Part shown: positions 30,092-41,236 of the stretch, piece after piece
Layout of the letters: each line of letters opens with the position of its first letter
How positions within the stretch are numbered: the first letter of the stretch is position 1
Assembly: GCF_054482525.1 (NCBI RefSeq)
Contig: NZ_CM137006.1
Reading direction: 5' to 3' (one strand)
DNA: 64,000 bases
Program-made: the position numbers and the translations under genes
The notes under the pieces: model-generated
The model's input: the letters and a program-made list of their open reading frames with translations, nothing else
Database searches by the model: none
What the model was told of the DNA's origin: nothing

Positions 30092-33000
30092 GTGTTCAAA
30101 TTACCAACCCCGCAACTCTTCAGCGGACTCAAATCAGCCCTTCGGCCAGCCATGCCCAGGTTTAAAGTCTCCGCGTTCTGGCTGCTGATTCTGGCGTGGA
30201 TTTTTCTGCTGGTATGGATCTGGTGGAAAGGCCCGGCCTGGACACTGCATGAAGAGCAGTGGCTCAAGCCACTGGCGAACCGCTGGCTGGCCACGGCAGC
30301 GTGGGGTATTGTTGCCCTGATATGGCTTATTGTCAGGGTGATGAAGCGCCTGCAACAGCTTGAAAAACAGCAAAAACAACAGCGCGAGGAAGCCATTGAT
30401 CCGCTCAGTGTGGAACTGAACGCCCAGCAGCGTTACCTCGACCGCTGGCTGCTGCGCCTGCAACGCCATCTCGACAACCGCCGTTTCCTGTGGCAATTGC
30501 CGTGGTATATGGTCATCGGTCCGGCGGGCAGTGGCAAAACGACACTGCTGCGTGAGGGTTTTCCGTCAGACATTATTTATGCCCCGGAGGGCGCGCGCGG
30601 CGCAGAACAACGCCTGTACCTCACGCCCCATGTCGGTAAACAGGCTGTGATCTTTGATATCGATGGCACACTCTGTGCCCCCGCTGATGCGGATATCCTG
30701 CATCGCCGTCTGTGGGAACATGCCCTCGGCTGGCTGAAGGAAAAGCGCGCGCGCCAGCCGCTGAATGGGATTATTCTGACACTCGATTTACCCGATCTGC
30801 TGACCGCAGACAAACGCCGCCACGAGCATCTGTTACAGACGCTACGCAGCCGCTTGCAGGATATACGCCAGCATCTTCACTGCCAGTTACCGGTTTACGT
30901 GGTACTGACCCGGCTTGATTTATTGCAGGGTTTTGCCGCCCTGTTTCAGTCACTGAACAGACAGGATCGCGATGCGATTCTGGGCGTCACGTTCACCCGC
31001 CGTGCCCATGAAAATGATGACTGGCGAACAGAGTTGAATGCTTTCTGGCAGACATGGGTGGATCGAATGAATCTGGCGTTGCCGGATCTGATGGTCGGAC
31101 AGAGCCACGCCCGTGCGTCTTTATTTAGTTTTTCCCGCCAGATGCAGGGAAGCCGTGAACCGCTGGTATCACTGCTTGAGGGTCTGCTTGACGGCGAAAA
31201 TATGAACGTGATGCTGCGTGGCGTCTATCTCACCTCTTCGCTTCAGCGCGGACAGATGGATGATATTTTCACCCAGTCTGCCGCCCGCCAGTACCGGCTG
31301 GGCAATAACCCACTGGCGTCCTGGCCCCTGGTGGACACCGCGCCCTATTTCACCCGCAGCCTGTTCCCGCAGGCATTACTCGCAGAGCCTAATCTGGCAA
31401 CAGAGAGCCGCGCCTGGCTGATGCGTTCCCGTCGCCGCCTGACGGTTTTCTCTGCCACAGGCGGCGTGGCGGCACTGCTGCTCATTGCCGGCTGGCATCA
31501 CTATTACAACGGTAACTATCAGTCCGGCATCACCGTGCTTAAGCAGGCAAAAGCCTTTATGGATGTACCGCCTCCGCAGGGGGAAGATGACTATGGCAAC
31601 CTGCAACTGCCGCTGCTGAACCCGGTACGCGATGCCACTCTGGCCTACGGTGACTGGGGCGACCGCAGCCGCCTTGCGGAGATGGGATTATATCAGGGGC
31701 GACGCATCGGGCCTTATGTGGAACGGACCTACATGCAACTGCTGGAGCAACGCTATCTTCCGTCGCTGTTTAACGGGCTGGTCAAAGAGATGAACGCCGC
31801 GCCACCGGAGAGTGAGGAAAAACTCGCCGTGCTGCGCGTGATGCGAATGCTGGAGGATAAGAGCGGACGTAACAATGAGGTGGTGAAGCAGTATATGGCA
31901 AAACGCTGGAGCGAAAAGTTCCACGGCCAGCGCGATATCCAGGCGCAACTGATGTCCCATCTTGACTACGCGCTGGCTCACACAGACTGGCATGCAGAGC
32001 GTCAGGCGGGCGACGGTGACGCTATCAGCCGCTGGACGCCGTATGACAAGCCCGTTGTGTCAGCACAGAAAGAACTAAGCAAACTACCTGTCTACCAGCG
32101 GGTTTACCAGAGCCTGAAAACGCGGGCGCTGGGCGTTCTTCCTGCCGACCTCAATCTGCGTGACCAGGTAGGGCCAACCTTTGACCAGGTGTTTACATCT
32201 GCCGATGACAATAAACTGGTTGTTCCACAGTTTCTTACCCGTTACGGCCTGCAAAGCTATTTTGTAAAACAGCGCGATGAACTGGTTGAACTGACGGCGA
32301 TGGATTCCTGGGTACTCAACCTCACCCGCAGCGTGAAATACAGTGACGCCGACCGGGCGGAAATCCAGCGCCAGTTGACCGAGCAGTATATCAGCGACTA
32401 CACCGCCACCTGGCGGGCCGGGATGGACAATCTGAATATCCGCAATTTTGAGTCCATCGGACAACTGACCGGGGCGCTGGAGCAGGTTATCAGCGGCGAC
32501 CAGCCTTTGCAGCGGGCGCTGACCGTGCTGCGTGACAACACACAACCAGGCACCTTTTCTGAAAAGCTATCTGCTAAAGAACGGGATGAGGCCCTGGCTG
32601 AACCAGACTACCAGTTACTCACCCGCCTTGGGCATGAGTTCGCCCCGGAAAACAGTACCCTGACAGTCCAGAAAGATAAAGAAAGCACGATGCAGGCCGT
32701 GTACCTGCAGCTCACCGAGTTACACCGCTATCTGCTGGCGATCCAGAACGCGCCTGTACCTGGGAAATCGGCACTGAAAGCCGTGCAGTTACGGCTTGAT
32801 CAGAACAGCAGCGATCCCATATTCGCCACCCGCCAGATGGCAAAAACACTGCCTGCTCCGCTCAACCGCTGGGCAGGCAGGCTGGCTGACCAGGCCTGGC
32901 ATGTGGTGATGGTGGAAGCCGTTCACTATATGGAAGTGGACTGGCGCGACAGCGTGGTGAAACCGTTTAACGAGCAACTGGCAAATAACTATCCGTTTAA

Positions 33001-33616
33001 TCCACATTCTGCACAGGATGCCTCACTGGATGCCTTCGAACGATTCTTTAAACCAGATGGCATACTGGATACCTTCTACCAGCAGAACCTAAAGCTGTTT
33101 ATCGACAATGACCTGAGTCTGGAGGATGGCGATAACAACGTCATTATTCGCGAAGATATTATTGCGCAACTGGAAACCGCGCAGAAAATCCGTGACATAT
33201 TCTTCAGCAAACAGAACGGTCTGGGAACATCCTTTGCCGTGGAAACGGTATCGCTTTCCGGCAACAAACGCCGCAGCGTACTGAACCTTGACGGTCAGTT
33301 AGTCGATTACAGCCAGGGCCGTAACTATACCGCCCATCTGGTCTGGCCTAACAATATGCGCGAAGGCAACGAAAGCAAACTGACGCTGGTTGGTGCCCGC
33401 GGCGGCGCACCGCGCAGTATCAGCTTCAGCGGGCCGTGGGCTCAGTTCCGCCTGTTCGGGGCCGGACAGCTGACCGGAGTACAGGATGGCAACTTTACCG
33501 TGCGCTTTAGTGTGGACGGTGGCGCAATGACCTACCGCGTGCATACCGACACGGAAGATAACCCGTTCAGCGGTGGGTTGTTCAGCCAGTTTGGCCTGTC
33601 AGACACACTGTACTGA
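30092..33616 (+). CDS. tssM: T6SS membrane-complex protein TssM (IcmF-like), 1174 aa
   Basis: GTG start at 30092 preceded by RBS CAGGAG. N-terminal transmembrane helices, Walker A GPAGSGKT, large periplasmic C-terminal domain. Confidence 0.9.
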   Translation: MFKLPTPQLFSGLKSALRPAMPRFKVSAFWLLILAWIFLLVWIWWKGPAWTLHEEQWLKPLANRWLATAAWGIVALIWLIVRVMKRLQQLEKQQKQQREEAIDPLSVELNAQQRYLDRWLLRLQRHLDNRRFLWQLPWYMVIGPAGSGKTTLLREGFPSDIIYAPEGARGAEQRLYLTPHVGKQAVIFDIDGTLCAPADADILHRRLWEHALGWLKEKRARQPLNGIILTLDLPDLLTADKRRHEHLLQTLRSRLQDIRQHLHCQLPVYVVLTRLDLLQGFAALFQSLNRQDRDAILGVTFTRRAHENDDWRTELNAFWQTWVDRMNLALPDLMVGQSHARASLFSFSRQMQGSREPLVSLLEGLLDGENMNVMLRGVYLTSSLQRGQMDDIFTQSAARQYRLGNNPLASWPLVDTAPYFTRSLFPQALLAEPNLATESRAWLMRSRRRLTVFSATGGVAALLLIAGWHHYYNGNYQSGITVLKQAKAFMDVPPPQGEDDYGNLQLPLLNPVRDATLAYGDWGDRSRLAEMGLYQGRRIGPYVERTYMQLLEQRYLPSLFNGLVKEMNAAPPESEEKLAVLRVMRMLEDKSGRNNEVVKQYMAKRWSEKFHGQRDIQAQLMSHLDYALAHTDWHAERQAGDGDAISRWTPYDKPVVSAQKELSKLPVYQRVYQSLKTRALGVLPADLNLRDQVGPTFDQVFTSADDNKLVVPQFLTRYGLQSYFVKQRDELVELTAMDSWVLNLTRSVKYSDADRAEIQRQLTEQYISDYTATWRAGMDNLNIRNFESIGQLTGALEQVISGDQPLQRALTVLRDNTQPGTFSEKLSAKERDEALAEPDYQLLTRLGHEFAPENSTLTVQKDKESTMQAVYLQLTELHRYLLAIQNAPVPGKSALKAVQLRLDQNSSDPIFATRQMAKTLPAPLNRWAGRLADQAWHVVMVEAVHYMEVDWRDSVVKPFNEQLANNYPFNPHSAQDASLDAFERFFKPDGILDTFYQQNLKLFIDNDLSLEDGDNNVIIREDIIAQLETAQKIRDIFFSKQNGLGTSFAVETVSLSGNKRRSVLNLDGQLVDYSQGRNYTAHLVWPNNMREGNESKLTLVGARGGAPRSISFSGPWAQFRLFGAGQLTGVQDGNFTVRFSVDGGAMTYRVHTDTEDNPFSGGLFSQFGLSDTLY

Positions 33617-33626
33617 GGAGGCAGGG

Positions 33627-34979
33627 ATGAATAGTAACGGACTGACACAAACTATCGTTACCGGCAGTGACCCGCGCGGGTTGCCGGAATTCAGCGCCAT
33701 CCGCGAGGAAATAAACAAAGCCAGCCATCCGTCACAGCCTGAGCTGAACTGGAAACTGGTGGAGTCGCTGGCGCTGGCGATTTTTAAAGCCAACGGTGTG
33801 GATTTACACACCGCCACCTACTATACGCTTGCCCGGACACGGACACAGGGACTGGCGGGATTCTGCGAAGGTGCGGAACTGCTGGCGGCAATGGTAAGCC
33901 ACGACTGGGATAAATTCTGGCCGCAGGGCGGTCCGGCGCGTACTGAAATGCTGGACTGGTTTAACTCCCGAACCGGCAATATTCTGCGTCAGCAAATCTC
34001 CTTTGCGGAACCCGATCTGCCACTGATCTACCGCACAGAGCGGGCATTGCAGCTTATCTGCGACAAGCTTCAGCAGGTGGAGCTGAAGCGCGTTCCGCGC
34101 GTGGAGAATCTGCTCTATTTTATGCAGAACACGCGTAAGCGGCTTGAACCCCAGCCGAAGAGTAACGTTGAAAACGCCGTACAGACCACGGTTAGAACAC
34201 TGATTTATGCCCCGGAAACAACGGCTTCCTCCACGCCAGAAGCGGTAGTGCCTCCCCTGCCCGACCTGCCTGAGATGAAAGTAGAAGTGCGCAGTCTGTC
34301 AGAGAATCCCCCACAGGCCAGTGTGATGAAGCAAGGCAGTACGGTAAGAGGGTTTATCACGGGGATCGCCTGTTCAGTGGCTGTCGCCTCAGCATTGTGG
34401 TGGTGGCAGGTCTATCCGGTGCAACAGCAACTGTTACAGGTTAACGACACCGCGCAGGGCGCAGCAACGGTGTGGATGGCCTCACCTGAACTAGAAAACT
34501 ATGAGCGCAGGCTGCAACAGCTTCTTGGCGTCTCCCCGGTACAACCGCTGGAAACCGGGATGCAGATGATGCGTGTTGCCGACAGTCGCTGGCCGGAAAG
34601 CCTGCAGCAGCAGCAGGCCTCGACACATTGGAATGAAGCACTCAAAACCCGCGCACAGAGTAGCCCGCAGTTGCGTGGCTGGTTGCAGACCCGTCAGGAC
34701 TTACATGCTTTTGCAGATCTCGTGATGCGGCGCGAGAAAGAGGGACTAACCCTTTCCTATATCAAAAATGTCATCTGGCAGGCGGAGCGGGGACTGGGGC
34801 AGGAAACACCCGTTGAGTCTCTGTTGACGCAGTACCAGGATGCCCGTGCGCAGAAGCAGAATATAGATGCGCTGGAAAAACAAATTAATGAGCGACTCGA
34901 AGGCGTGTTAATCCGCTGGCTGCTGCTGAAGAATAACGTCATGCCAGAGGCGGCAACCGGGACCACGGCCGAAAAATAA
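33627..34979 (+). CDS. T6SS accessory protein, VasL-like, 450 aa
   Basis: Start ATG 33627 (MNSNGLTQ...) with RBS GAGGAGG. Internal transmembrane helix (ITGIACSVAVASALWWW). Position after tssM matches vasL. Confidence 0.55.
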   Translation: MNSNGLTQTIVTGSDPRGLPEFSAIREEINKASHPSQPELNWKLVESLALAIFKANGVDLHTATYYTLARTRTQGLAGFCEGAELLAAMVSHDWDKFWPQGGPARTEMLDWFNSRTGNILRQQISFAEPDLPLIYRTERALQLICDKLQQVELKRVPRVENLLYFMQNTRKRLEPQPKSNVENAVQTTVRTLIYAPETTASSTPEAVVPPLPDLPEMKVEVRSLSENPPQASVMKQGSTVRGFITGIACSVAVASALWWWQVYPVQQQLLQVNDTAQGAATVWMASPELENYERRLQQLLGVSPVQPLETGMQMMRVADSRWPESLQQQQASTHWNEALKTRAQSSPQLRGWLQTRQDLHAFADLVMRREKEGLTLSYIKNVIWQAERGLGQETPVESLLTQYQDARAQKQNIDALEKQINERLEGVLIRWLLLKNNVMPEAATGTTAEK

Positions 34980-35002
34980 TTATTTAATTAAAGGAGATTA
35001 TC

Positions 35003-35485
35003 ATGGCAAATATGAGTTATTTATCTTTGAGTGGAGAGACACAAGGGCTGATTTCAGCAGGTTGCTCAACGCTTGATTCTGTCGGAAACAAAGCACAGCC
35101 AGAACATAAAGATCAGATCATGGTTTATGCGTTAATGCATTCCATCTCAAGAAGTCAAAATGTCAATCATCATGAATTAATTATCACCAAACCGGTTGAT
35201 AAATCCTCACCATTGCTGGCAAAAGCACTTAGTGACAATGAAAAAATGGTAACATGTGAATTTATACTCTACCGAACCAGTAAAGCGGGTATTTACCAGC
35301 CTTATTATAAAATAAACCTGTCAAAAGCCCGAATATCAAGTATTGATTTTGTCACACCGCATGCTGTCCTGGAAAAAGAACTGGAGCCACAGGAGAGAAT
35401 TGCCTTTATTTATGAAGATATTTCCTGGGAGCATACGTTAGCCGGTACGAATGCAATGAGTAAATGGCAGGATCGTGTACAGTAA
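35003..35485 (+). CDS. hcp: Second Hcp-family protein (TssD paralogue), 160 aa
   Basis: MANMSYLSLSGETQGLISAGCSTLDSVGN... parallels the hcp at 13026..13544 (MPTPCYISITGQTQGNITAGAFTADSVGN). Located at the distal end of the cluster. Confidence 0.8.
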   Translation: MANMSYLSLSGETQGLISAGCSTLDSVGNKAQPEHKDQIMVYALMHSISRSQNVNHHELIITKPVDKSSPLLAKALSDNEKMVTCEFILYRTSKAGIYQPYYKINLSKARISSIDFVTPHAVLEKELEPQERIAFIYEDISWEHTLAGTNAMSKWQDRVQ

Positions 35486-35528
35486 TTTACTGTAATAACA
35501 TAATAAATTACTATTGCGGAGAGATATA

Positions 35529-36443
35529 ATGGCTGGTTTAAGGAATAATAACAACACACAGAATGCACAGTGGGCTGATTATGTGGGTGACATTCTTCGG
35601 GGGGCTCAACCGATAAACCAGCTAGTACCTCAGCACCCTTATCTTAACGACGTCCCACTCATTGATGAATTAAGGCGTCAGAACACTCATCATGTTATTC
35701 TCTTGACACTTGATGTTGCAAAAAAAATACTCAGCTCAATAACATCATTTGATTACATTCATTTTATCACTACACATCCTTCAGGTATAAAAGATACACT
35801 CGCTTGGTTAGTTAACGCGGGTAAATTAATGACTGAGTTTGATGGAAATGGGAAAATTATATTTAACTTTAATACCTTAAAGTATACAAAAGCAAGTTAC
35901 TTTGAAATACTTGGAGAGAAATATATAAAAATTACAACATCCAGCCCCTGGCTTTTAGAAAAGCTCGGTAAATATATTTTCTCTTCACGAGCGCCTCAAG
36001 TTCTGGAACTCGCTATTGGCTGGCGAGGAGTTTTATCTGAATCAATAAAAGGAGTTAAGTTCTGTATCTGGTTTTCAGTAGCCTGGAGAACCATAGAATT
36101 TATTATGAGTTCAGAGCGAGATCTGGTTAATTTTCTTGGTGATTTTTCAATGGATGTGGCCAAAGCAGTGATTGCAGGCGGTGTTGCAACTGCTATTGGA
36201 AGCCTGGCTTCTTTTGCCTGTCTTAGTTTTGGCCTTCCAGTAATTCTTGTAGGAGGAGCAATTTTACTTACAGGGATAGTGTGTACAGTTGTTTTAAATG
36301 AAATCGATGCTCAATACCATTTATCAGAAAAATTAAAAGATGCAATTAGAGATGGACTAAAACGGCAACAGGAACTTGATAAATGGAAAAGGGAAAACAT
36401 GACTCCATTTATGTATGTTCTTAACACTCCCCCCGTGATATGA
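35529..36443 (+). CDS. Putative Hcp-associated T6SS effector with C-terminal glycine-zipper membrane region, 304 aa
   Basis: AT-rich ORF directly after hcp. ATG 35529 preceded by GGAGAG; the track start 35514 is TTG. C-terminal hydrophobic, Gly/Ala-rich segment AVIAGGVATAIGSLASFACLSFGLPVILVGGAILLTGIV. No catalytic motif recognised. Confidence 0.45.
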   Translation: MAGLRNNNNTQNAQWADYVGDILRGAQPINQLVPQHPYLNDVPLIDELRRQNTHHVILLTLDVAKKILSSITSFDYIHFITTHPSGIKDTLAWLVNAGKLMTEFDGNGKIIFNFNTLKYTKASYFEILGEKYIKITTSSPWLLEKLGKYIFSSRAPQVLELAIGWRGVLSESIKGVKFCIWFSVAWRTIEFIMSSERDLVNFLGDFSMDVAKAVIAGGVATAIGSLASFACLSFGLPVILVGGAILLTGIVCTVVLNEIDAQYHLSEKLKDAIRDGLKRQQELDKWKRENMTPFMYVLNTPPVI

Positions 36444-36452
36444 GGATTAACT

Positions 36453-36920
36453 ATGCGTTTACATGTTAAATTGAAAGAGTTTTTTTCGATGTTTTTTATA
36501 GCCATATTATTTTTCCCTGCATTCAATGCTTCTTTATTTTTTACCGGAATTAAACCTCTATATTCAATAATAAAAGGCTCCACGGAAATATTTTATGATT
36601 GGAGAATGTTGATTCTATGCTTCGGTTTCATATCGTTTTCCTTGTTAAATATTCATGTAATTTTACTAACAATAATAAAATCATTCTTAATAAAAAAAAC
36701 AAAGGTAATCAATTTCGCCACAGACATAACAATACAGCTAACTCTTATATTTTTACTAATAGCTATCGTAATAGCACCTTTAATAGCTCCTTTTGTCACA
36801 GGATATGTCAATGCTAATTATCACCCCTGCGGTAATAACACGGGGATTTTCCCAGGAGCAATCTATATTAAAAATGGCATAAAATGTAATAATGAACATA
36901 TTTCTCGCAAGGAAGATTAA
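36453..36920 (+). CDS. ykfM: Small multi-pass inner-membrane protein, putative cognate immunity protein; probable ykfM orthologue
   Basis: AT-rich 155-aa ORF with about four hydrophobic helices, directly after the effector-like gene and next to yafT on the opposite strand. In K-12 ykfM (about 159 aa membrane protein) holds that position, recalled from memory. Confidence 0.5.
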   Translation: MRLHVKLKEFFSMFFIAILFFPAFNASLFFTGIKPLYSIIKGSTEIFYDWRMLILCFGFISFSLLNIHVILLTIIKSFLIKKTKVINFATDITIQLTLIFLLIAIVIAPLIAPFVTGYVNANYHPCGNNTGIFPGAIYIKNGIKCNNEHISRKED

Positions 36921-37033
36921 GCAGTTAAATAATTAAATATTCTAAAACAAACAGTTTTTAACGCCGGATTCCATGTCCTTTCTTGCACTGTCTTTGTCAG
37001 GAACAATTTCTTATGCAAAGAATTTTGTATTAT

Positions 37034-37057
37034 TGCCGCCAGAAATTCCTGGCGGCA
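37034..37057. terminator. Hairpin between convergent immunity-like gene and yafT
   Basis: 9-bp perfect stem TGCCGCCAG / CTGGCGGCA with 6-nt loop. Flanking T/A runs are weak. Confidence 0.3.
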
Positions 37058-37068
37058 GATATAATTTA

Positions 37069-37854
37069 TTATTGATAGCGGTTAACCAAATCTTTTACCA
37101 TCGCTTTATAGGTCTTTTGCTTAAGTTGTATGATTTGCTGCTCTGTCATATCAGTCGTACTGGCTTCATTCTTGCCGGGAAATGGTGGAAGCACTTTATA
37201 TTCATAATTCACCGGCGACCAGGCAGCCCACTCACCTGTAGCTACATCCACCAGCGTGAATCGCACCAGATAGCGCAGTGAGATTGTGTTAGTCAGTTTT
37301 TCATTTTTATAATCGGACCATACTGTTGATTTCAGTGCAGTGTCATATTTTCCTGTCTGCAACGTATCCTGGTAAACAATAATCGCTTTCTGATGGCCTT
37401 TTGCCGCCACAAAACGTAATGCCTGCATCCAGTTCATATTTTCGGCATCTACAACACCCAGACTTTCATCTTTGTTTTTGTCTTTATTACAAGTTACAGG
37501 TTTTTGCCTGTCAGGAATGCCAGAAAATGTGGCAACTGTATAATATTTTCTCATCTCCTCCTGCATAATGGTTTCCGGTGCGCGACTGCCAGACTGAACA
37601 AGTATAACGGGAGAATTAAGAGGTACACGAAACTCAACTCCTTCAAGCGCAGCTTGAATATCCTCCTCGGATACAGCCAGTGTGGTTTCATTACCATATA
37701 AATCTTTGTCTGTTAGTTGCTGGGGAACGTTTTTATTAATAGAACTTTGTGCGGTTTGAGTTTTTTTCTTTTTTTCATCAATAGGAGATTCAGAGGCACA
37801 TCCTGCAAGCAGCGAGAATAATACACATATACAACAAACCCTTCTTAAATTCAT
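37069..37854 (-). CDS. yafT: Lipoprotein YafT, 261 aa
   Basis: Signal peptide with lipobox LAGC ([19 protein letters not shown]). Position next to aspV as in K-12. Confidence 0.75.
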   Translation of the reverse strand: MNLRRVCCICVLFSLLAGCASESPIDEKKKKTQTAQSSINKNVPQQLTDKDLYGNETTLAVSEEDIQAALEGVEFRVPLNSPVILVQSGSRAPETIMQEEMRKYYTVATFSGIPDRQKPVTCNKDKNKDESLGVVDAENMNWMQALRFVAAKGHQKAIIVYQDTLQTGKYDTALKSTVWSDYKNEKLTNTISLRYLVRFTLVDVATGEWAAWSPVNYEYKVLPPFPGKNEASTTDMTEQQIIQLKQKTYKAMVKDLVNRYQ

Positions 37855-38124
37855 AATCGGACACTCCCTCGCCTGTCATAATCATGGTAATGTTTAACTA
37901 ACGATTTTTAATTATATACTCCACTTGAATCAGAACAAACAAAAATAACAGCAAATATAAATTCATTAAATCAATAGAAAAATGAAAATCATAACATGCA
38001 AATATATTTAAATTGAATGATTCGATAGTATGATTAAATATTAATGATATGGTCTACCATATGTGATTAACACATTTACAGCATAACAAAATCATAGACC
38101 GAAGAAATAGCGGGATTTAAATGC

Positions 38125-38153
38125 AAAAAACCGCAAAATTAAAAATCTTGCGG
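38125..38153 (-). terminator. Intrinsic terminator downstream of tRNA-Asp (aspV)
   Basis: Stem CCGCAA / TTGCGG, followed on the minus strand by a T run (plus-strand A run 38125-38130). Confidence 0.5.
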
Positions 38154-38184
38154 TTCTCTGAACCTCATTTTCATGAGGTGAATT

Positions 38185-38261
38185 TGGCGGAACGGACGGG
38201 ACTCGAACCCGCGACCCCCTGCGTGACAGGCAGGTATTCTAACCGACTGAACTACCGCTCC
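38185..38261 (-). tRNA. aspV: tRNA-Asp (GUC)
   Basis: 77-nt reverse-complement match to E. coli tRNA-Asp (GGAGCGGTAGTTCAGTCGGTTAGAATACCTGCCTGTCACGCAGGGGGTCGCGGGTTCGAGTCCCGTCCGTTCCGCCA), recalled from memory. Confidence 0.95.
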
Positions 38262-38393
38262 GCGTTGTGTTCCGTTGGGAACGAGGCAAATATTACGGAT
38301 TGCCTCACCCGTCGTCAATGGTTTTTCTCATCTTTTGAATCGTTTGCTGCAAAAATCGCCCAAGTCGCTATTTTTAGCGCCTTTCACAGGTAT

Positions 38394-39125
38394 TTATGCT
38401 CGCCAGAGGCAGCTTCCGCCTTTCTTCTGCACCAGATCGAGACGGGCTTCATGTGCTGCCAGCTCTTCATCTGTCGCAAAAACAACGCGTAACTTACTTG
38501 CCTGACGTACAATGCGCTGAATTGTTGCTTCACCTTGTTGCTGCTGTGTCTCTCCTTCCATCGCAAAAGCCATCGACGTTTGACCACCGGTCATCGCCAG
38601 ATAAACTTCCGCAAGAATCTGGGCATCGAGTAATGCCCCGTGCAGCGTTCGTTTACTGTTATCTATTTCGTAGCGGGCACATAACGCATCGAGGCTGTTG
38701 CGCTTACCGGGAAACATTTTCCTCGCCACCGCAAGGCTATCGGTGACCTTACAGAAGGTATTGGTCTTCGGAATATCGCGCTTAAGCAACGAAAACTCGT
38801 AGTCCATAAAGCCGATATCGAATGCTGCGTTATGGATCACCAACTCCGCGCCGCGGATATAGTCCATGAACTCATCGGCTACTTCGGCAAACGTGGGCTT
38901 ATCGAGCAAAAATTCATCGGCAATACCATGTACGCCAAAGGCTTCCGGATCCACCAGCCGATCGGGTTTGAGATAAACATGGAAGTTATTGCCCGTCAGG
39001 CGACGGTTCACCACTTCAACGGCACCAATCTCAATGATCTTGTGGCCTTCATAGTGCGCACCAATCTGGTTCATACCGGTGGTTTCGGTATCGAGAACGA
39101 TCTGGCGTGTAATTGCAGTGCTCAT
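38394..39125 (-). CDS. dnaQ: DNA polymerase III epsilon subunit (3'-5' proofreading exonuclease), 243 aa
   Basis: [20 protein letters not shown]... matches DnaQ. The track ORF starts 3 codons upstream. Confidence 0.95.
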
Positions 39126-39189
39126 AGCGGTCATTTATGTCAGACTTGTGGTTTTACAGTTCGATTCAATTACAGGAAGTCTACCAGAG

Positions 39190-39657
39190 ATGCTTAAACA
39201 GGTAGAAATTTTCACCGATGGTTCGTGTCTGGGTAATCCTGGACCTGGGGGTTACGGCGCTATTTTACGCTATCGCGGACGCGAGAAAACCTTTAGCGCA
39301 GGCTACACCCGCACCACCAACAACCGTATGGAGTTGATGGCCGCTATTGTCGCGCTGGAGGCGTTAAAAGAACATTGCGAAGTCATTTTGAGTACCGACA
39401 GCCAGTATGTCCGCCAGGGTATCACCCAGTGGATCCATAACTGGAAAAAACGTGGCTGGAAAACAGCAGACAAAAAACCAGTAAAAAATGTCGATCTCTG
39501 GCAACGTCTTGATGCTGCATTGGGGCAGCATCAAATCAAATGGGAATGGGTTAAAGGCCATGCCGGACACCCGGAAAACGAACGCTGTGATGAACTGGCT
39601 CGTGCCGCGGCGATGAATCCCACACTGGAAGATACGGGCTACCAAGTCGAAGTTTAA
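39190..39657 (+). CDS. rnhA: Ribonuclease HI, 155 aa
   Basis: [30 protein letters not shown]... matches RNase HI. Divergent from dnaQ, with overlapping promoter region. Confidence 0.95.
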
Positions 39658-40376
39658 GCCTGTGGTTTACGACATTGCCGGGTGGCTCCAACCGCCTGGC
39701 GAATTCGTGGCTTGTTTTTACTCTGTTTCATCGGATTTAGCGTTAAAGGAATAGTCCGTTTCCGGGCAACAATAAGTTGTAAGCAACCAAGCGCAGGAAT
39801 ATGCGCATTCAATAGTTTTCCTCCGTGTTTGTTCCACGGGAGAACGTGGAAACGGCTGGCGTGCAGCACTTCAAAATTCAACAAAGAGAGCCAGTCCAGT
39901 TGCCGCATCAGAGTAAACATCCGGCTATTATAGGGCGAGGTTTTGCGCAATACCGGCACAAGTTTGCGTAATCCCATTAAACTGATGGGGTTGAAGCCAC
40001 TAATTACCAGCCAGCCATCATCAATCAGTACCCGATCGGCTTCACGTAATAAACGATGCGGATCGGTGCACCACGGCAAGGTATGTGCCAGTAGACAAAC
40101 ATCAACGGATTTATCGGCAAAAGGAAGATGAAGTGGATCCGCCTGCACCTGGACGGGCATTCCTTGCGCAGAAACATTCACTTGATGAGAAACCGCGCAC
40201 GCTTCGCAATTGATTTCTGCGCTTAAATTGCCAATCTTAAGCAGATGAAAACCATACATTTTAGTGAACCACGGGTTGAGCTGGCGCTCCAGCGCCTTGC
40301 GATAAAGCTCTCCCCAGGGCAAATCGCCCCAGCAATCGGGAGCCACGACAGTTTGAGGGACTCTTGCCGGTTTCAT
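39654..40376 (-). CDS. yafS: SAM-dependent methyltransferase YafS, 240 aa
   Basis: Translation and position between rnhA and gloB as in K-12. Start taken at MKPARVPQ. Confidence 0.8.
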
Positions 40377-40406
40377 CACAACCTTCCGTTTCACACTGAG
40401 AGGTAA

Positions 40407-41165
<759 letters not shown>

Positions 41166-41236
41166 TAAAACTTTCTTGTCATCGGCTCCGTTCGCCGTTA
41201 TGATCGGTCGTCTTTTAAGCAACTATTGACACACAC

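Noticed and set aside
1-37060. Prophage or integrative conjugative element
   Set aside because: No capsid, tail, terminase, integrase, relaxase or conjugation genes. The only mobile-element genes are the IS186 and ISAs1/H-rpt transposases.
37855-38184. Possible tRNA-derived attachment site or integrase at the aspV side of the island
   Set aside because: No integrase gene and no repeat of the tRNA-Asp 3' end found here. yafT lies between aspV and the island, so the junction does not look like classic tRNA-site integration. The second aspU copy belongs to rrnH.
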